From Octopus bimaculoides (lineage: Eukaryota): 39,590 nucleotides of DNA. A program made the position numbers and the translations under genes. A model generated the notes under the pieces. It saw only the letters and a program-made list of their open reading frames with translations. It made no database searches and was not told the DNA's origin. Location: assembly GCF_001194135.2 (NCBI RefSeq), contig NC_068982.1:149291114-149330703 (forward strand). Reading direction: 5' to 3'. Shown piece after piece: positions 10,063 to 22,652 of the stretch (the stretch's first letter is position 1; every line of letters starts with the position of its first letter).

Positions 10063-11439
10063 TATATATATATATATCATCATTACTTCTGCATATTTGT
10101 TGTTCTCTCCATTCAGATGGCTAACTGCCAATTGACAAAGACACATACGCATCATTAGCTTTCAAAGTGTTTGATACTTTCACAACTTTTTTTCATCTTG
10201 GAAAATAATTGTAGATTCCAACAAATTCATTCATGTTGTGAGTGAGGTATTTTTTGATATATCTATGTGTAAGTGTATTTATATGTATGTGTATATATAT
10301 GTACATATATATGTGTATGCATGTATATTTATACATAGTCACATATATACATACATATATACACATTGTATGTGTGTTTGCTTTTGTAAAATTCTTGTGA
10401 ATGTAGTGTTTGCAGGTATATGAATGTATATACGTGTGTGAGCAAAAGAGTGTGTGCATGTGCATGTGTGTGCATGATCATATGTATGCACGAGTGTATG
10501 TATTGTTTTTATTCACCTATATATAGATAGATAGATAGATAGATACATACATATATATATATATATATANNNNNNNNNNAGATAGTTAGAGAGAGAGAGA
10601 GAGAGGAAGGGAGAAAGAGAGAGAGATGCTTGTATACTTGTGTGTGTCTTTGTGTCAAGGTAAACTTATGTGCATGTCTATATATTTTTGTGGGTATGCA
10701 GAAAAGAATAGGGTAAATATCTTTTTGCCTGCAGATGTATCTTCTTCCTTAAAAAGCTGATATTTGCTACAGAGAGAATAACAACTGCCATGATAAACAC
10801 AAAGCATATACATATGCACACACACACACAAACACAAAAAAAAGTCTAATACAAATAATACAGAAACAAGCAGTTAAAATAATTGAGACATTCAGACAAA
10901 TAATACAAATTAAAAACAAAACAAATATACATTAAATAACAAAATAAATACTTTATAAACTGAGCAAAAAACGTTGTTTTCTATAAGTTGATATATTATT
11001 TTCAAATGGTGAGTGCATATATGCATGCATGTACAGGGCACTATATTATTATACACATACTGACATAGATTTACAGTAATATATACACACATATACAAAT
11101 CAATATTCATACTCAAATGCATAACACACTTTGATACATACACACATATATACACATATATATATGAATGTAAACATACATAATGCACATATGTGTATGT
11201 ATGTAAACGTATATACATATATATATATATATATTTGAAGATAAGCAACAAAAATTCAATAGGTTATAGCAGTACATACGTTTCGTACAAGCTCCATTTA
11301 TTCATGTAGTGAGAACACCACATAGAATGTACAATGAAAATGTACTCCTCAGCTGCATAATATATATATATATGTATGTATATGCAGTTGCCCATGCATA
11401 CAAGCCTCCTCTCTCCATGCTACTGATGTTATCCAATGT

Positions 11440-12240
11440 TATATATATAGTTTATGAGTACACTATTTGAGTGGATCTTCTTCAGTGTAGTGTCTCTCCA
11501 TATGTTACAATCTTGTGACATCTTCGAGCAATTCCAGCCTCTTTATATCAGCCTTCATCACTTTTCTCATATGTCTTTCTTAGGAATCCTCCCAAACAGG
11601 TTCCGTCCTCTTGGATTGCTTAGTACTTTCTTTAACTCTTTCTTACCTAACTACCATCCTCAGTTTTCTCTTTTCTACTCTACCTCTGATAACTCCTATG
11701 CCCCCTGGTTTTTTCTCACTTCATTTGTGCTCTATTTTTCATATTTACAAACATTACACATCAAGCAGAGTAGATTCCCCTCGATTTTCTCCAAATCTGT
11801 AATCAATATTCATGTTTTGTTACCAAGAAACATTGTACAGCATCCACAAATATCATACAATCTGTCCTTCAATTGGAAATAGAATTACAAAGTTAGTAAC
11901 TCCCTGGACTTTTTCCAATGTGTTCTTAATACGGCTACTATTTTTTCAGAACATCCACTTTCACTGATAATTAGGTCACCTAGGTAATAGACGCTATCAA
12001 CTACTTCTAGATAGCCTTCCAAGCATTTGAAAGAATATATTTCATTAGTGCTTTTACTGCCAACTACTCTTGCACATCTGCTTCATATAAAATCTTTCTT
12101 CATTGTTAGCCTGCCTGTGAAATCTGTGAAACTACTGCACCTCTTGTGCACCCATACACACTGGTTACACTGCATGGACTTCCTACCCATCTTCTGTATA
12201 TCAAGCAGCTTTACTTCCTAAGTGGCAGTAGAGTCATGTC
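11440..12240 (-). mobile_element. old RTE-clade LINE fragment (RT C-terminal region to ORF end)
   Basis: Minus: SMQCNQCVWVHKRC...FI*SRCA...LEVVDSVYYLGDLI...HWKKSRELL; KDRLYDIC...; GRIPKKTYEKVMKADIKRLEL...WRDTTLKK, with many stops and frameshifts. Confidence 0.8.
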
Positions 12241-13317
12241 TACATTTTTTTTTTTTTTTTGTCTATTAAATATAACTTCTGTCTTTGCTAGGCTTACTCA
12301 AAGACCTCTCAATTCTTTGAACTTCTTCACAAATTATTCAACAGATTAAGCTCTGAGAACTATGCTAATGGCATGCACAAGTGCCTATATACAAGCACTC
12401 TGAAGCTTCACTTTTATAGCCTGGAGAATTATAATAAACAGCAGGAGGCTTGCATGCTCTGCACAGTGCCCTCCAACTCAATCAGGCATTGGAGGCCTCT
12501 AAACATTTTCAGTTAGAAGCTTTTTGTAAATTCTCCATGCACCTCACTGTTGCAAGTGCATTTTTTTTTTAACTGATTTGTGTGTGATTTGGTTTACAGA
12601 TAAACATGTTTGATGTTTCTGCACATTCAACCATTAGCAAGAATTTTTGAAACAAGTGCTTATTTGTCAGTTTTAATTTCTGCCTCAGGTCATATTAAGT
12701 TAACCTTTTCTCAAATGCCATTTAGCTTCTAAATATTTTTCTGTCTCTGTCTTGTTTACCTCACTTTTCATTAAGATTTCCCTCAAGACAATTTAAATAT
12801 TCTTTCTTCTATGTCACCATATTAATTTTAAATTAATTGCATTAATTGCCACAATGTATATTTTCCCAAGAGTTTAGAAAAATTGGAAAACTGACTCCTG
12901 ATGAAATAAATAATATTGATCTGCCAAATCTCACTTAAGCTATGATGTTTTCTCAAAATTAAACTCAATCAATCAGAATTATGGTTAACAGCATTCCAAG
13001 CCATTCTCTCTTTATTAATTTAGGTCTCGTGTACTTTGGACAAAAGTATCCAAGGCACCCACTCTTTAAGACGGTACACTTGAGGTTTCTAGTGCTTTGA
13101 ACAACTCTATAGAAGTTCCACCTTGTGAACAAAAACACCATTGGTTAGAGAACCAATCACTGGCTCACTACATTTACTAGGACAAGAAGGATGAAGGTTT
13201 ATCTGTGTAACTTGGGCAGAATTAATGTCACATGAGGTTTTTGGTCAAAACTAGCAGTTTTGTTACTTTCATTTCAATAGTTGTCTGTCATACACACAAC
13301 CATGTGCACACACATCA

Positions 13318-14200
13318 AGCAAATCTATTCTCAAGGCTTTGTTTGGCCCATGGCTGTAATAGAAGACACTTGCTCAATATAGTGAGTTGGCAACTAAGTT
13401 CCTGCTGTTTTTTGAAATTTTGGAATCGATTTTTTTTTTTGAGAATTCTATTTTTGAATCATTTTGGAATCTATTTTTTTTTTTCTAGTTAATTTTAGTT
13501 AATTTTTGTTTATTTTCAGATCATTAAAATGGAATATCAAGTTAAGAAAAACGAGCATTTTCGACACCTCCTTCTTTTTTGCTTTTAATCAAGGTTCTAA
13601 GGCCGCAAAAGCTGCTCGCGACATTTGTGCTGTCTATGGAGAGGGTGCCATAGCTGAAAGAACTGCTCTATGTTTAACAGATAGAACGACTCAACACGGC
13701 TATTCAAGAGAAAAGACCTAATCGGCAGCATGGAGTTCTTCTGCTGCACGACAACGCCCGCCCTCATATCACCAATATGACCAAGGAAGCCATTTAAACG
13801 CATAGCTGGGAAGTGCTGCTACAGCCGCCATACTCTCCTGATTTGGCACCAACGGATTTTTACCTCTTTCGATCTCTTTCAAATGCTATGCGCAGAGTTT
13901 CGTTCAACACTGATACAGAATTGATAGCTTGGTTGGATCAATTTTTCGAGTCGAAATCGGATGATTTCTACTAACAAGGTATTGAAAATCTTGTTGAACG
14001 TTGGGAAAAGTTGTAAACAACAAGGGTGAATACATTATTGATTAACTAGTTGTTATTTTTTATTAAACCTTTTTAAAAATTTTAATTTTTAAAAAAACGG
14101 CGGGAACTTAGTTGCCAACCCAATATCATCCAGTGGACTGAACTCAAAACTATGTGGTTGTGAAGTGAGCTGCTTCACTACACAGACATGTCAGCACCTA
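13318..14200 (-). mobile_element. SINE family C head fragment split by a mariner (13318-13377 and 14126-14200)
   Basis: ...GAAGACACTTGCTCAA | mariner | TCATCCAGTGGACTGAAC... rejoins to match the family sequence GAAGACACTTGCCCAAGGTGCCATGCAGTGGGACTGAAC. Confidence 0.75.
13380..14123 (+). mobile_element. internally deleted mariner (D,D34D) with both TIRs and TA flanks
   Basis: ~30-bp TIRs GTTGGCAACTAAGTTCCYGCYGTTTTTT (left 13380-13412, right 14092-14123). MEYQVKKNEHFRH...KAAKAARDICAVYGEGAIAERTA is fused to ...HDNARPH...YSPDLAPTDF...ERWEK. There are 34 residues between the last two catalytic Asp. Confidence 0.95.
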
Positions 14201-14649
14201 TCAGTGACAAAATTCAACTAAAAAAAACAAAAGAAAAGTGTAATTAAAAACTACAAACATTTCTACCTAGACTGTGTAACAATTCTACTCATTCATGTTT
14301 TTGTCTTTGTTTATATAAATAAAGGTAAAAGTTATTTTTTTAAAGAGGGTTTAGAGTCTTCAACAAACCAATTCCTTCAAGGTGCCGATGATATTTTCAG
14401 TTTTCTGAGATATCCATTAGATTACTTGAACACATGCATGCATACACTCATGCACTAATCTGTGCATACACACAATCAGATATACAGGCATGCACACATA
14501 CACACATGTACACATGCACACACATATGACATGCATTTACTCATACACACAAGCATATACACCCATAAATACACACACCCACACACATACCTGCAAAATG
14601 TACAGAGTAGAGCAAATATATCATCATAGAGAGAAGGCCATCAGATGGA

Positions 14650-14940
14650 AATCACCATTTGCCATATAAGAAATCAAACCTCACATACTTTGTATGCAAT
14701 GATATTTTGATAGCCATGTATATCAGATACAACATCCTTATGTATCTCATGTCTGTTTTCATTTCTTCACATCACTTTGTGTTTCATATCTTCTCTATAA
14801 TAACTATTGCTTAACCATTTTCTTGCACCATCTCTGATGAAGGGATATATAAAATATCCCGGAAACAGCTGTAAGATCTTCTCTTTATATATGTTCTGAA
14901 ATCTTTCACAGCCTTGGACTTTTTATCTCATTCTGTTAAT
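14650..14940 (+). mobile_element. Penelope-like pseudo-LTR fragment
   Basis: Inferred from the embedded HHR and the C/T-rich upstream sequence; no coding homology seen. Confidence 0.5.
14830..14877 (+). ncRNA. minimal type I hammerhead ribozyme motif, intact core
   Basis: AUCU-CUGAUGA-A-GGGAUAU AUAAA AUAUCCC-G-GAAAC-AGCU-GUA/AGAU. Stem II 7 bp, palindromic stem III ACAGCUGU, predicted cleavage after 14873. Confidence 0.85.
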
Positions 14941-15011
14941 TTTTTATGTATGTATATATACATATATATATATATATCTGTAAATATATGTGACAGTTAT
15001 TCGGTATCCAT

Positions 15012-15072
15012 GATAAAACTCCAAGTTTCAGATGTCGGGGTGGAAACCCACGCTGGCATCTCTTCAGTTATC
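15012..15072 (-). ncRNA. type I hammerhead ribozyme motif, intact core, extended stem II
   Basis: Minus: GAUAA-CUGAAGA-GAUG-[22 nt with GUGG/CCAC hairpin]-CAUC-U-GAAAC-UUGGA-GUU/UUAUC. Stem I 5 bp, stem III ACU/AGU. Confidence 0.75.
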
Positions 15073-15169
15073 TGGATATCGAAAAAATGCTATGAAAATT
15101 TACAGATAAATTCCTCTATTTACATATCGATGTCTCTTTCATTCTTTTGTTGTCTTGACATTTCTATCA

Positions 15170-15241
<72 letters not shown>

Positions 15242-16563
15242 ATATATATATATATATAAGAAAGATAAATAAAATTGACCAGTTCTGTGAAAATCAATTG
15301 GTTTTTGCAAAGTATTCAGCTACCATGATTTTAGCTATTATCTCTCATAGAATTTGATCGCCAAAAACCTGTATCAAATCATTTTTATGTCAGGGTCAAT
15401 ATATATTATGCTTTGATCACTCAGTAATAAATGCTGCTTCAGTAATATATTATGTTTGATAATCACCTTAATAAGTGCATTCATTTGTACTTGAGCAACC
15501 TAAGTCTTAATACAATGACCATCGGATGTCAAAATCTGTTTCTCACATAGAGAACTGTATCCAGATTTTTTGTTTATATTTTCAAAAAGGTAAAGGCTAT
15601 TAGGTTAGAGTCATCTTATGTTTTCCTATCACTTTCCATTCAACTGTCACAAGGCTAAATAAGATAGTTTTGTTACTGTATAAACAAAATTTAGTACAGG
15701 AAAGATTATTCTCAGCATCTTTATAAGTCATTTTTTTCATGCTTTTCAATTATGAATGTTACTATTACAACCAGTTTTTGAATCAGTGTCCCCAACTTCT
15801 CACTTGAAAGTCTGTAAGGCATGTCTTTAGACAGTTCCATCTCTGGTGCAGCAGAAATAATATATTTAAAGAAAGAAAAGTAGACATTCAGTCTCTAATA
15901 TTTAAATGATTCTCCATCTTGATTTGTAACTTTGTTTATCATCCAGATACTTCATTTTACTGATTTTCACCATGGATTCTTTCTCAGGTAAAAAATAAAT
16001 GTCTATGAAATTTTTCTAGGCATATTAACAATGGCAATCATATAACTTCATAACAAAATGAAAATGAAACTTAAAATTGTCTTTATAATATTTAACAAAC
16101 AATAGCCTACAGCAAGATGATCATAAATTCTATGCAGGTGTTTTATGAGCTAGCTGCATTATACCAGAAGTTCAAGAAGCAATTATATGGTTGCTTATTT
16201 AACACCAGACTCTATTAACACATAACAAGTATATATTATAATAATAATTTTTATTTGAGATAATAATACTTGACCTTCACTTATCAACAAACAATTTGTG
16301 TAAATTCATTCTCATTTCTCTTAAATTATGCAAGATATTTCATTGGGTATTATACACACAATTATTTTCTACTTCCATTCATTTTATGTTTCAGTGATAG
16401 TGTCATTTTATATGACATAATTACCTGAGACTGTGACCAACATTGTTTAGAGAAGGTTTCAGCTATAATGCTTATGAAGGGACCCATCCCTATTTTTAAA
16501 AAGTATCAAATTATAGAAAACACATTTCTGTATTGTAAGTGGCAGATAGAGATTTGCATGCAT

Positions 16564-16645
<82 letters not shown>

Positions 16646-16916
16646 CAGTGGGTTGTTTAAAACACATAGCAATGAAAATATTTGATGACACTGATGTTTA
16701 CTATAATGAATTAGAGTAGAAACCTATAGATTTCAGCTTATGCTACATTTGTAAATTAAATGTAATTAAGCACATGCGACAGTCATAAAGTCATAAACAA
16801 ATTTCTTTTATTGCTTTCATACGGGCGGGGTGGACAGCTGGTTGAGCTCCAATCTTTAATAAGAATTAATCAGCAGCAGCTGATGACCCATATTTATTCA
16901 CAACAAAACCATATAT

Positions 16917-17238
16917 CATCATCATCATCACCATCATCATCACCACCAACATCATCATCACCATCATCATCATCATCATAATCATCATCACCATCATCAT
17001 CATCACTGCTTAATGTGTGCTTTCCATGCTGGCATGAGTTGGATGGTTTGATTGAGAATTGGCAAGCCAGTAGGCTGCACCAGGCTCCAATCTGATTTGG
17101 CAAGGTTTTTACAGCTGGATGCCCTTCCTTAATGCCAACCACTCCGAGAGTGTAGTGGGTGTTTTTACATGCCACCAGCACAGGAGCCAGTCAGGTGGCA
17201 CTGGTATCAGTAACACTCAAATGGTGTTTTTTATGTGG

Positions 17239-17240
<2 letters not shown>
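16917..17240 (-). mobile_element. RTE-related 3' end with long degenerate (GAT/GGT)n tail
   Basis: Homologous to 2130-2383; tail 16917-17005. Confidence 0.85.
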
Positions 17241-17304
<64 letters not shown>

Positions 17305-17548
17305 TGTGAAAGTTGGTATGTGAAAGCATGTGGTTGGATGTATAAAAGATAATAAGAGTGAAAAAACTACAGAAGGCTTGTGTTACATGGTTAAAGTATA
17401 TATTTAAATTATGTCAGAAAAATGTTATAAAATCTTTTTGGTATATAAACATTGTATTTGGAGAAATAACCGGTTTCGTGTTGTCTTTTCAAATTTCTCT
17501 ACTTCATTGTAACATGTGTTCGCTCCATATATATATATATATATATAT

Positions 17549-17930
17549 CATCATCATCATCATCATAATCATCATCATCATCATCGTTGTTCAATGTCCG
17601 CTTTCCATGCTGGAATGGGTTGGACAGTTTGGCTGAAGGCTGGCGAGCCAGAAGGTTGCACCAGGCTTCAATCTGATCTGGCAGAGTTTCTACCACTGGA
17701 TGCCCTTCCTAACGCCAACCACTCTGAGAGTGTAGTGGGTACTCTTAAATGAGCTGATTATGCTGCACTAGCATAGGCCACAGTTATGGTCTCACTTGGC
17801 TTGCTGGGTCTTCTCAAGCACAACATATCTCCAAAGGTCTCGGTCACTTGTCATTGTCTTTGTGAGGCCCAGTGTTTGAAGGTCATGCTTCACCACCTCA
17901 TCCCAGGTCTTCCTGGGTCTACCTCTACTA
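17549..17930 (-). mobile_element. RTE LINE 3' fragment (ORF end, 3' UTR, tail)
   Basis: Minus 17930-17790 reads SRGRPRKTWDEVVKHDLQTLGLTKTMTSDRDLWRYVVLEKTQQAK*, joined to the shared tail. Confidence 0.9.
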
Positions 17931-17944
17931 CATATATATATAGT

Positions 17945-18052
17945 TGATATTTACAGAAAGACAAAAGACGAAGACAGATGTATAACAACAAGCAGGTGTA
18001 TTAGTTTGATGCTCAGGAAGGTGAGAAAGTCTTTTACGTTTTGAGCCTAAGC
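17945..18052 (-). mobile_element. PLE-end fragment homologous to 1023-1135, with half a hammerhead
   Basis: Shared AGAC..AGACAG.TG..TAACAA...GTATTAGT.TGA.GCTC.GGAA...GAAAGTCTTT.ACGTTT.GAGC. Cut off by (CA)n before the CUGANGA core. Confidence 0.75.
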
Positions 18053-18056
18053 ACAC

Positions 18057-18088
<32 letters not shown>

Positions 18089-19177
18089 CTATATATATAT
18101 ATATATATATAACACCTATTATTAAGACAATTAAAGTAGATAAATCATTATGCTTAGTTAATGCATTTAGTTTGATTAATTTAATTATTGATGGGTTGGA
18201 AATGTTTCGTTTTAAATCTTATAATGCACAACAAAATAAACTTGTACGTTAATTAAGTACACTGGCCTGTTAAAAACAACAGATTTTTTTTGTGCGGGTT
18301 TTTGTTTTATATTGTCTCACTGCAGACAGAAATGAAGTAGTCAACTGAAACTGTTTCAGTCTTTTTTGAGATCTCATCAGTAACTGACTACCTGCCTCTA
18401 ACTATCCACAATAATACTGGTCACTATGAAGCATAACTTCCATTTACACACACATACAGTGTTGACTAAAATCTATAGGTTTATTCAATAGTATGTCATG
18501 GCATTAACAATCAAATGCTGCTAATGTGTCAGTAATTTATTAATGAAACTAGCAGCCAAGAAGGCATCATTGATGCAAATTGGTTTATCCCTTTTATAAA
18601 GCCATTAATAAAAGCATATTCAATATAACTTTGAACAGTTACAGGCAGATAACAGAGAGGCTGATGAAGCTTCAGGGAAGGATCAAAACCAGCTGAGTTG
18701 ATCCCTCTTTTCCTGTCTGTAGCAAGATTATATAAAACTATAGTTGTTTACTGCTGAGCAATGTATTAAATTAAGTTTTATTTACAATTGTGATATTGGA
18801 TGAAATTTATAAGTTTGTTCTGTAGTACATTACAACATCAAAAAAATGAATACAGCTAATATATAAGTAATTTATTAACCATAATATTTTTACATCAACA
18901 AAATATTTTCTAAATATGTCACTTTTTACAAATGTGCTCAGGGAAGGCAACCATTTCCTAGCGACCCCTCCAGTTATGCTACAGTCTGAAACTAATTGAT
19001 TCAAGTACGCTCAATATATTTTGTAAATGGGACTTAAGCATGCAAACCTTCAATAAAGTTTCGTTATGTTCGGTTTTTTTCTTGTTTTTTTTTTCTTTCC
19101 ATTCTTATTTTTCATTTCCAGCATTGTTACTATCAAAACAAGTGAGACTGGTATACTGATATTTCCATGCACACTAA

Positions 19178-19420
<243 letters not shown>

Positions 19421-19569
19421 TATATAAATATCTATACATTCATGCACGAATGTTCCTCATCTGAATATTTTCAGTCTTTTCTTCTCCCTATTTGCATGAA
19501 TGTATGTATATTGCATATATCTAGCCCAGGTGGTCTTATTTGTTTATTCACATCACTGTTTACGTGTGT

Positions 19570-19612
<43 letters not shown>

Positions 19613-19664
19613 CGCGCGCGCGTTTGTGTGTATCTATCTATCTATTATCCTCACAGTCAGCAGC

Positions 19665-20215
19665 ATCATCATCATTTAATGTCTGTTTTCCATGCTGGCA
19701 TGAGTCTGACAACTTGACAGGAAATGGTAAGCCAGAGAGAAGCATGAGACTCCAATTTTCTGTTTGGCATGGTTTCTGTTGTTCAATGCTCTTCCTAATG
19801 CCAACCACTTTACAGGGTGGACTAGATGCTTTTTTCCATGGTACCAGCATGGGTGCTTTATTGGTGGCACCACCATGGGCGATTTGTATGTGGCACCAGC
19901 AAATATACATTTTATTTGGGGCCAGCAGGGGTGCTTTTACGTAATACTGGTGCCCACAGGGTCAGCAAGTAGCTTGCAAAACAAGGGCCTTTTAGTTGAG
20001 AGAGAGTAAAACCGAGAAAAGTGGCCATGTGCCAGGTGAGAGGTTGGAGTATGAAAGAGAGACAAGGACAGTTGTCATACTACAAAGGAGATACTTGGTT
20101 ACCCCATTAGGACATTAGGGGGAGGGGGACTGACATTGACCACGTTCGGATGGTGCTTTTTACATGCCACCAGAATGAGAGCCAGTCAGGCAGCACTGGC
20201 ATCAGCCACAACTAC
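19665..20215 (-). mobile_element. degenerate RTE-related 3' end with internal insertion
   Basis: CATCATCATTTAATGTCTGTTTTCCATGCTGGCATG...CTTCCTAATGCCAACCAC, and GAGCCAGTCAGGCAGCACTGGCATC near 20180-20205. Confidence 0.7.
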
Positions 20216-20246
20216 AATATATAAGATATATATATATATATATATA

Positions 20247-20337
20247 CTATCAGAAATACCCGGCGTTGCCCGGGTTAAAGAGAATAATGAAATCTAAAAA
20301 CGCTGTCTAGACTACGCATCATCTTTATATATAGAGA
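20247..20337 (-). mobile_element. 91-bp mini-Helitron
   Basis: Minus: A|TCTCTATATATAAAG...ACCCGG GCAACG CCGGGT-ATTTCTGATAG|T. It has 5' TC, a GC hairpin 11 nt from the 3' end, an ATAG end (CTAG variant), an A/T target and no TSD. Confidence 0.7.
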
Positions 20338-21748
20338 TGTATATACACACACGCACCCAAACACACGTATATATATGTATATCAATATAAATATATGAAA
20401 GTCAATGAAGTTTCGTAAAAGAAGGTGATCATGTACATACTTTCTTGCTGTTGTGATTATAACACCTCATTGTAAACTATGTTCTTTGTGTGCATGTGTA
20501 TGTGTGTGTGATGGGTGTATATATGTATAGATATCTGTATGCNNNNNNNNNNNNNNNNNNNNNNNNNNNNNNNNNNNNNNNNNNNNNNNNNNNNNNNNNN
20601 NNNNNNNNNNNNNNNNNNNNNNNNNNNNNNNNNNNNNNNNNNNNNNNNNNNNNNNNNNNNNNNNNNNNNNNNNNNNNNNNNNNNNNNNNNNNNNNNNNNN
20701 NNNNNNNNNNNNNNNNNNNNNNNNNNNNNNNNNNNNNNNNNNNNNNNNNNNNNNNNNNNNNNNNNNNNNNNNNNNNNNNNNNNNNNNNNNNNNNNNNNNN
20801 NNNNNNNNNNNNNNNNNNNNNNNNNNNNNNNNNNNNNNNNNNNNNNNNNNNNNNNNNNNNNNNNNNNNNNNNNNNNNNNNNNNNNNNNNNNNNNNNNNNN
20901 NNNNNNNNNNNNNNNNNNNNNNNNNNNNNNNNNNNNNNNNNNNNNNNNNNNNNNNNNNNNNNNNNNNNNNNNNNNNNNNNNNNNNNNNNNNNNNNNNNNN
21001 NNNNNNNNNNNNNNNNNNNNNNNNNNNNNNNNNNNNNNNNNNNNNNNNNNNNNNNNNNNNNNNNNNNNNNNNNNNNNNNNNNNNNNNNNNNNNNNNNNNN
21101 NNNNNNNNNNNNNNNNNNNNNNNNNNNNNNNNNNNNNNNNNNNNNNNNNNNNNNNNNNNNNNNNNNNNNNNNNNNNNNNNNNNNNNNNNNNNNNNNNNNN
21201 NNNNNNNNNNNNNNNNNNNNNNNNNNNNNNNNNNNNNNNNNNNNNNNNNNNNNNNNNNNNNNNNNNNNNNNNNNNNNNNNNNNNNNNNNNNNNNNNNNNN
21301 NNNNNNNNNNNNNNNNNNNNNNNNNNNNNNNNNNNNNNNNNNNNNNNNNNNNNNNNNNNNNNNNNNNNNNNNNNNNNNNNNNNNNNNNNNNNNNNNNNNN
21401 NNNNNNNNNNNNNNNNNNNNNNNNNNNNNNNNNNNNNNNNNNNNNNNNNNNNNNNNNNNNNNNNNNNNNNNNNNNNNNNNNNNNNNNNNNNNNATATATA
21501 TATATATATATATATACATGTATATGCATTATACGTATATGTATATCAACGTATGTATATATGTGTGTGTGTTTATATGCATGTACATAGGAATGTACCT
21601 AACTTACACACATTACACACACACATACTCATGAGGAGAGAGAGAGAGTGATATATATATATATATATGTGTATATATATATACACACACACACACACAT
21701 ATATACATATATATATGTATATGCATACATATATCTGTGTATATATAC

Positions 21749-21781
<33 letters not shown>

Positions 21782-22464
21782 TGTATGTGTGTGAATGTAT
21801 ATACATAAGCACCGTATGTGTTTAGTGTTAGTGTTTTTATTTTCTGTTTCTTTATCTCTCTAATTGACTGAATATTTTATTATGTTATCAAAACAAAAGT
21901 TACAATATGAGAGACCAGAGTAGACTAGATCTACAGTACTTTAATATTCCCAGATGTTTTATAGTTTGTTTAGTAATTTTATGGAAAATTTCATTGCTAA
22001 AGATTCACACCAAGGTTATGATATTTAAATAAGTATTTATTCTATGTTTAGAAAGTGGATGTTATGGAGAAAATTTAAATAAGTATTATTACCTTTTTTG
22101 CTACAGTCTATCCTCTCATAAAATTTTTAATATTCTCTTTAGATGTAACATTAAGTTATTTTGATAACATCTTTTTTCCTTTTGATATATTACTTATTAC
22201 TTGTGGAATAACTTCAAAGGAAAATAGGTGTAATTAACATTTTAATTAAAACGTAACAAAAATTTCACATTTCTTTAGCTATAAATTGTTTTCTTTCTTT
22301 TTTTTTTTTTTTTGGAGAAATTTTGTAAATACAACCCAAAGATAATAAAATTTTAGAAAACAGTTCCTTAAACTTATTTACACCAAGCTAATTATATTAT
22401 ATTTTCAATTCCATAAATGTGACTATAAAAATTAGTGAAACTGGTATATAGGTATGATATTGTC

Positions 22465-22652
22465 TACTATATGGTTTCAAACTTTGGGACAAGGCCAGCA
22501 ATTTCAGGGAGGGGTAACTTTATTACATCGACCCCAGTACTCAATTAGGACTTATTTTATCAACCTCAAATGGATGAAAAGCAAAGTTGACCCCAGAACC
22601 TGAAGATGGATGAGATGCTGCTAAACATTTCTCCAGGCGTGTTAATAATTCT
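22465..22652 (-). mobile_element. SINE family B, degenerate
   Basis: CGACCCCAGTACTCAATTAGGACTTATTTTATCAACCTCAAATGGATGAAAAGCAAAGTTGACC is homologous to 5526-5741. Confidence 0.8.

Noticed and set aside
18654-18712. Hammerhead-like CTGATGA with GGATCAA/TTGATCC hairpin
   Set aside because: GAAG instead of GAAA, no A15.1-U16.1 pair and no stem II.
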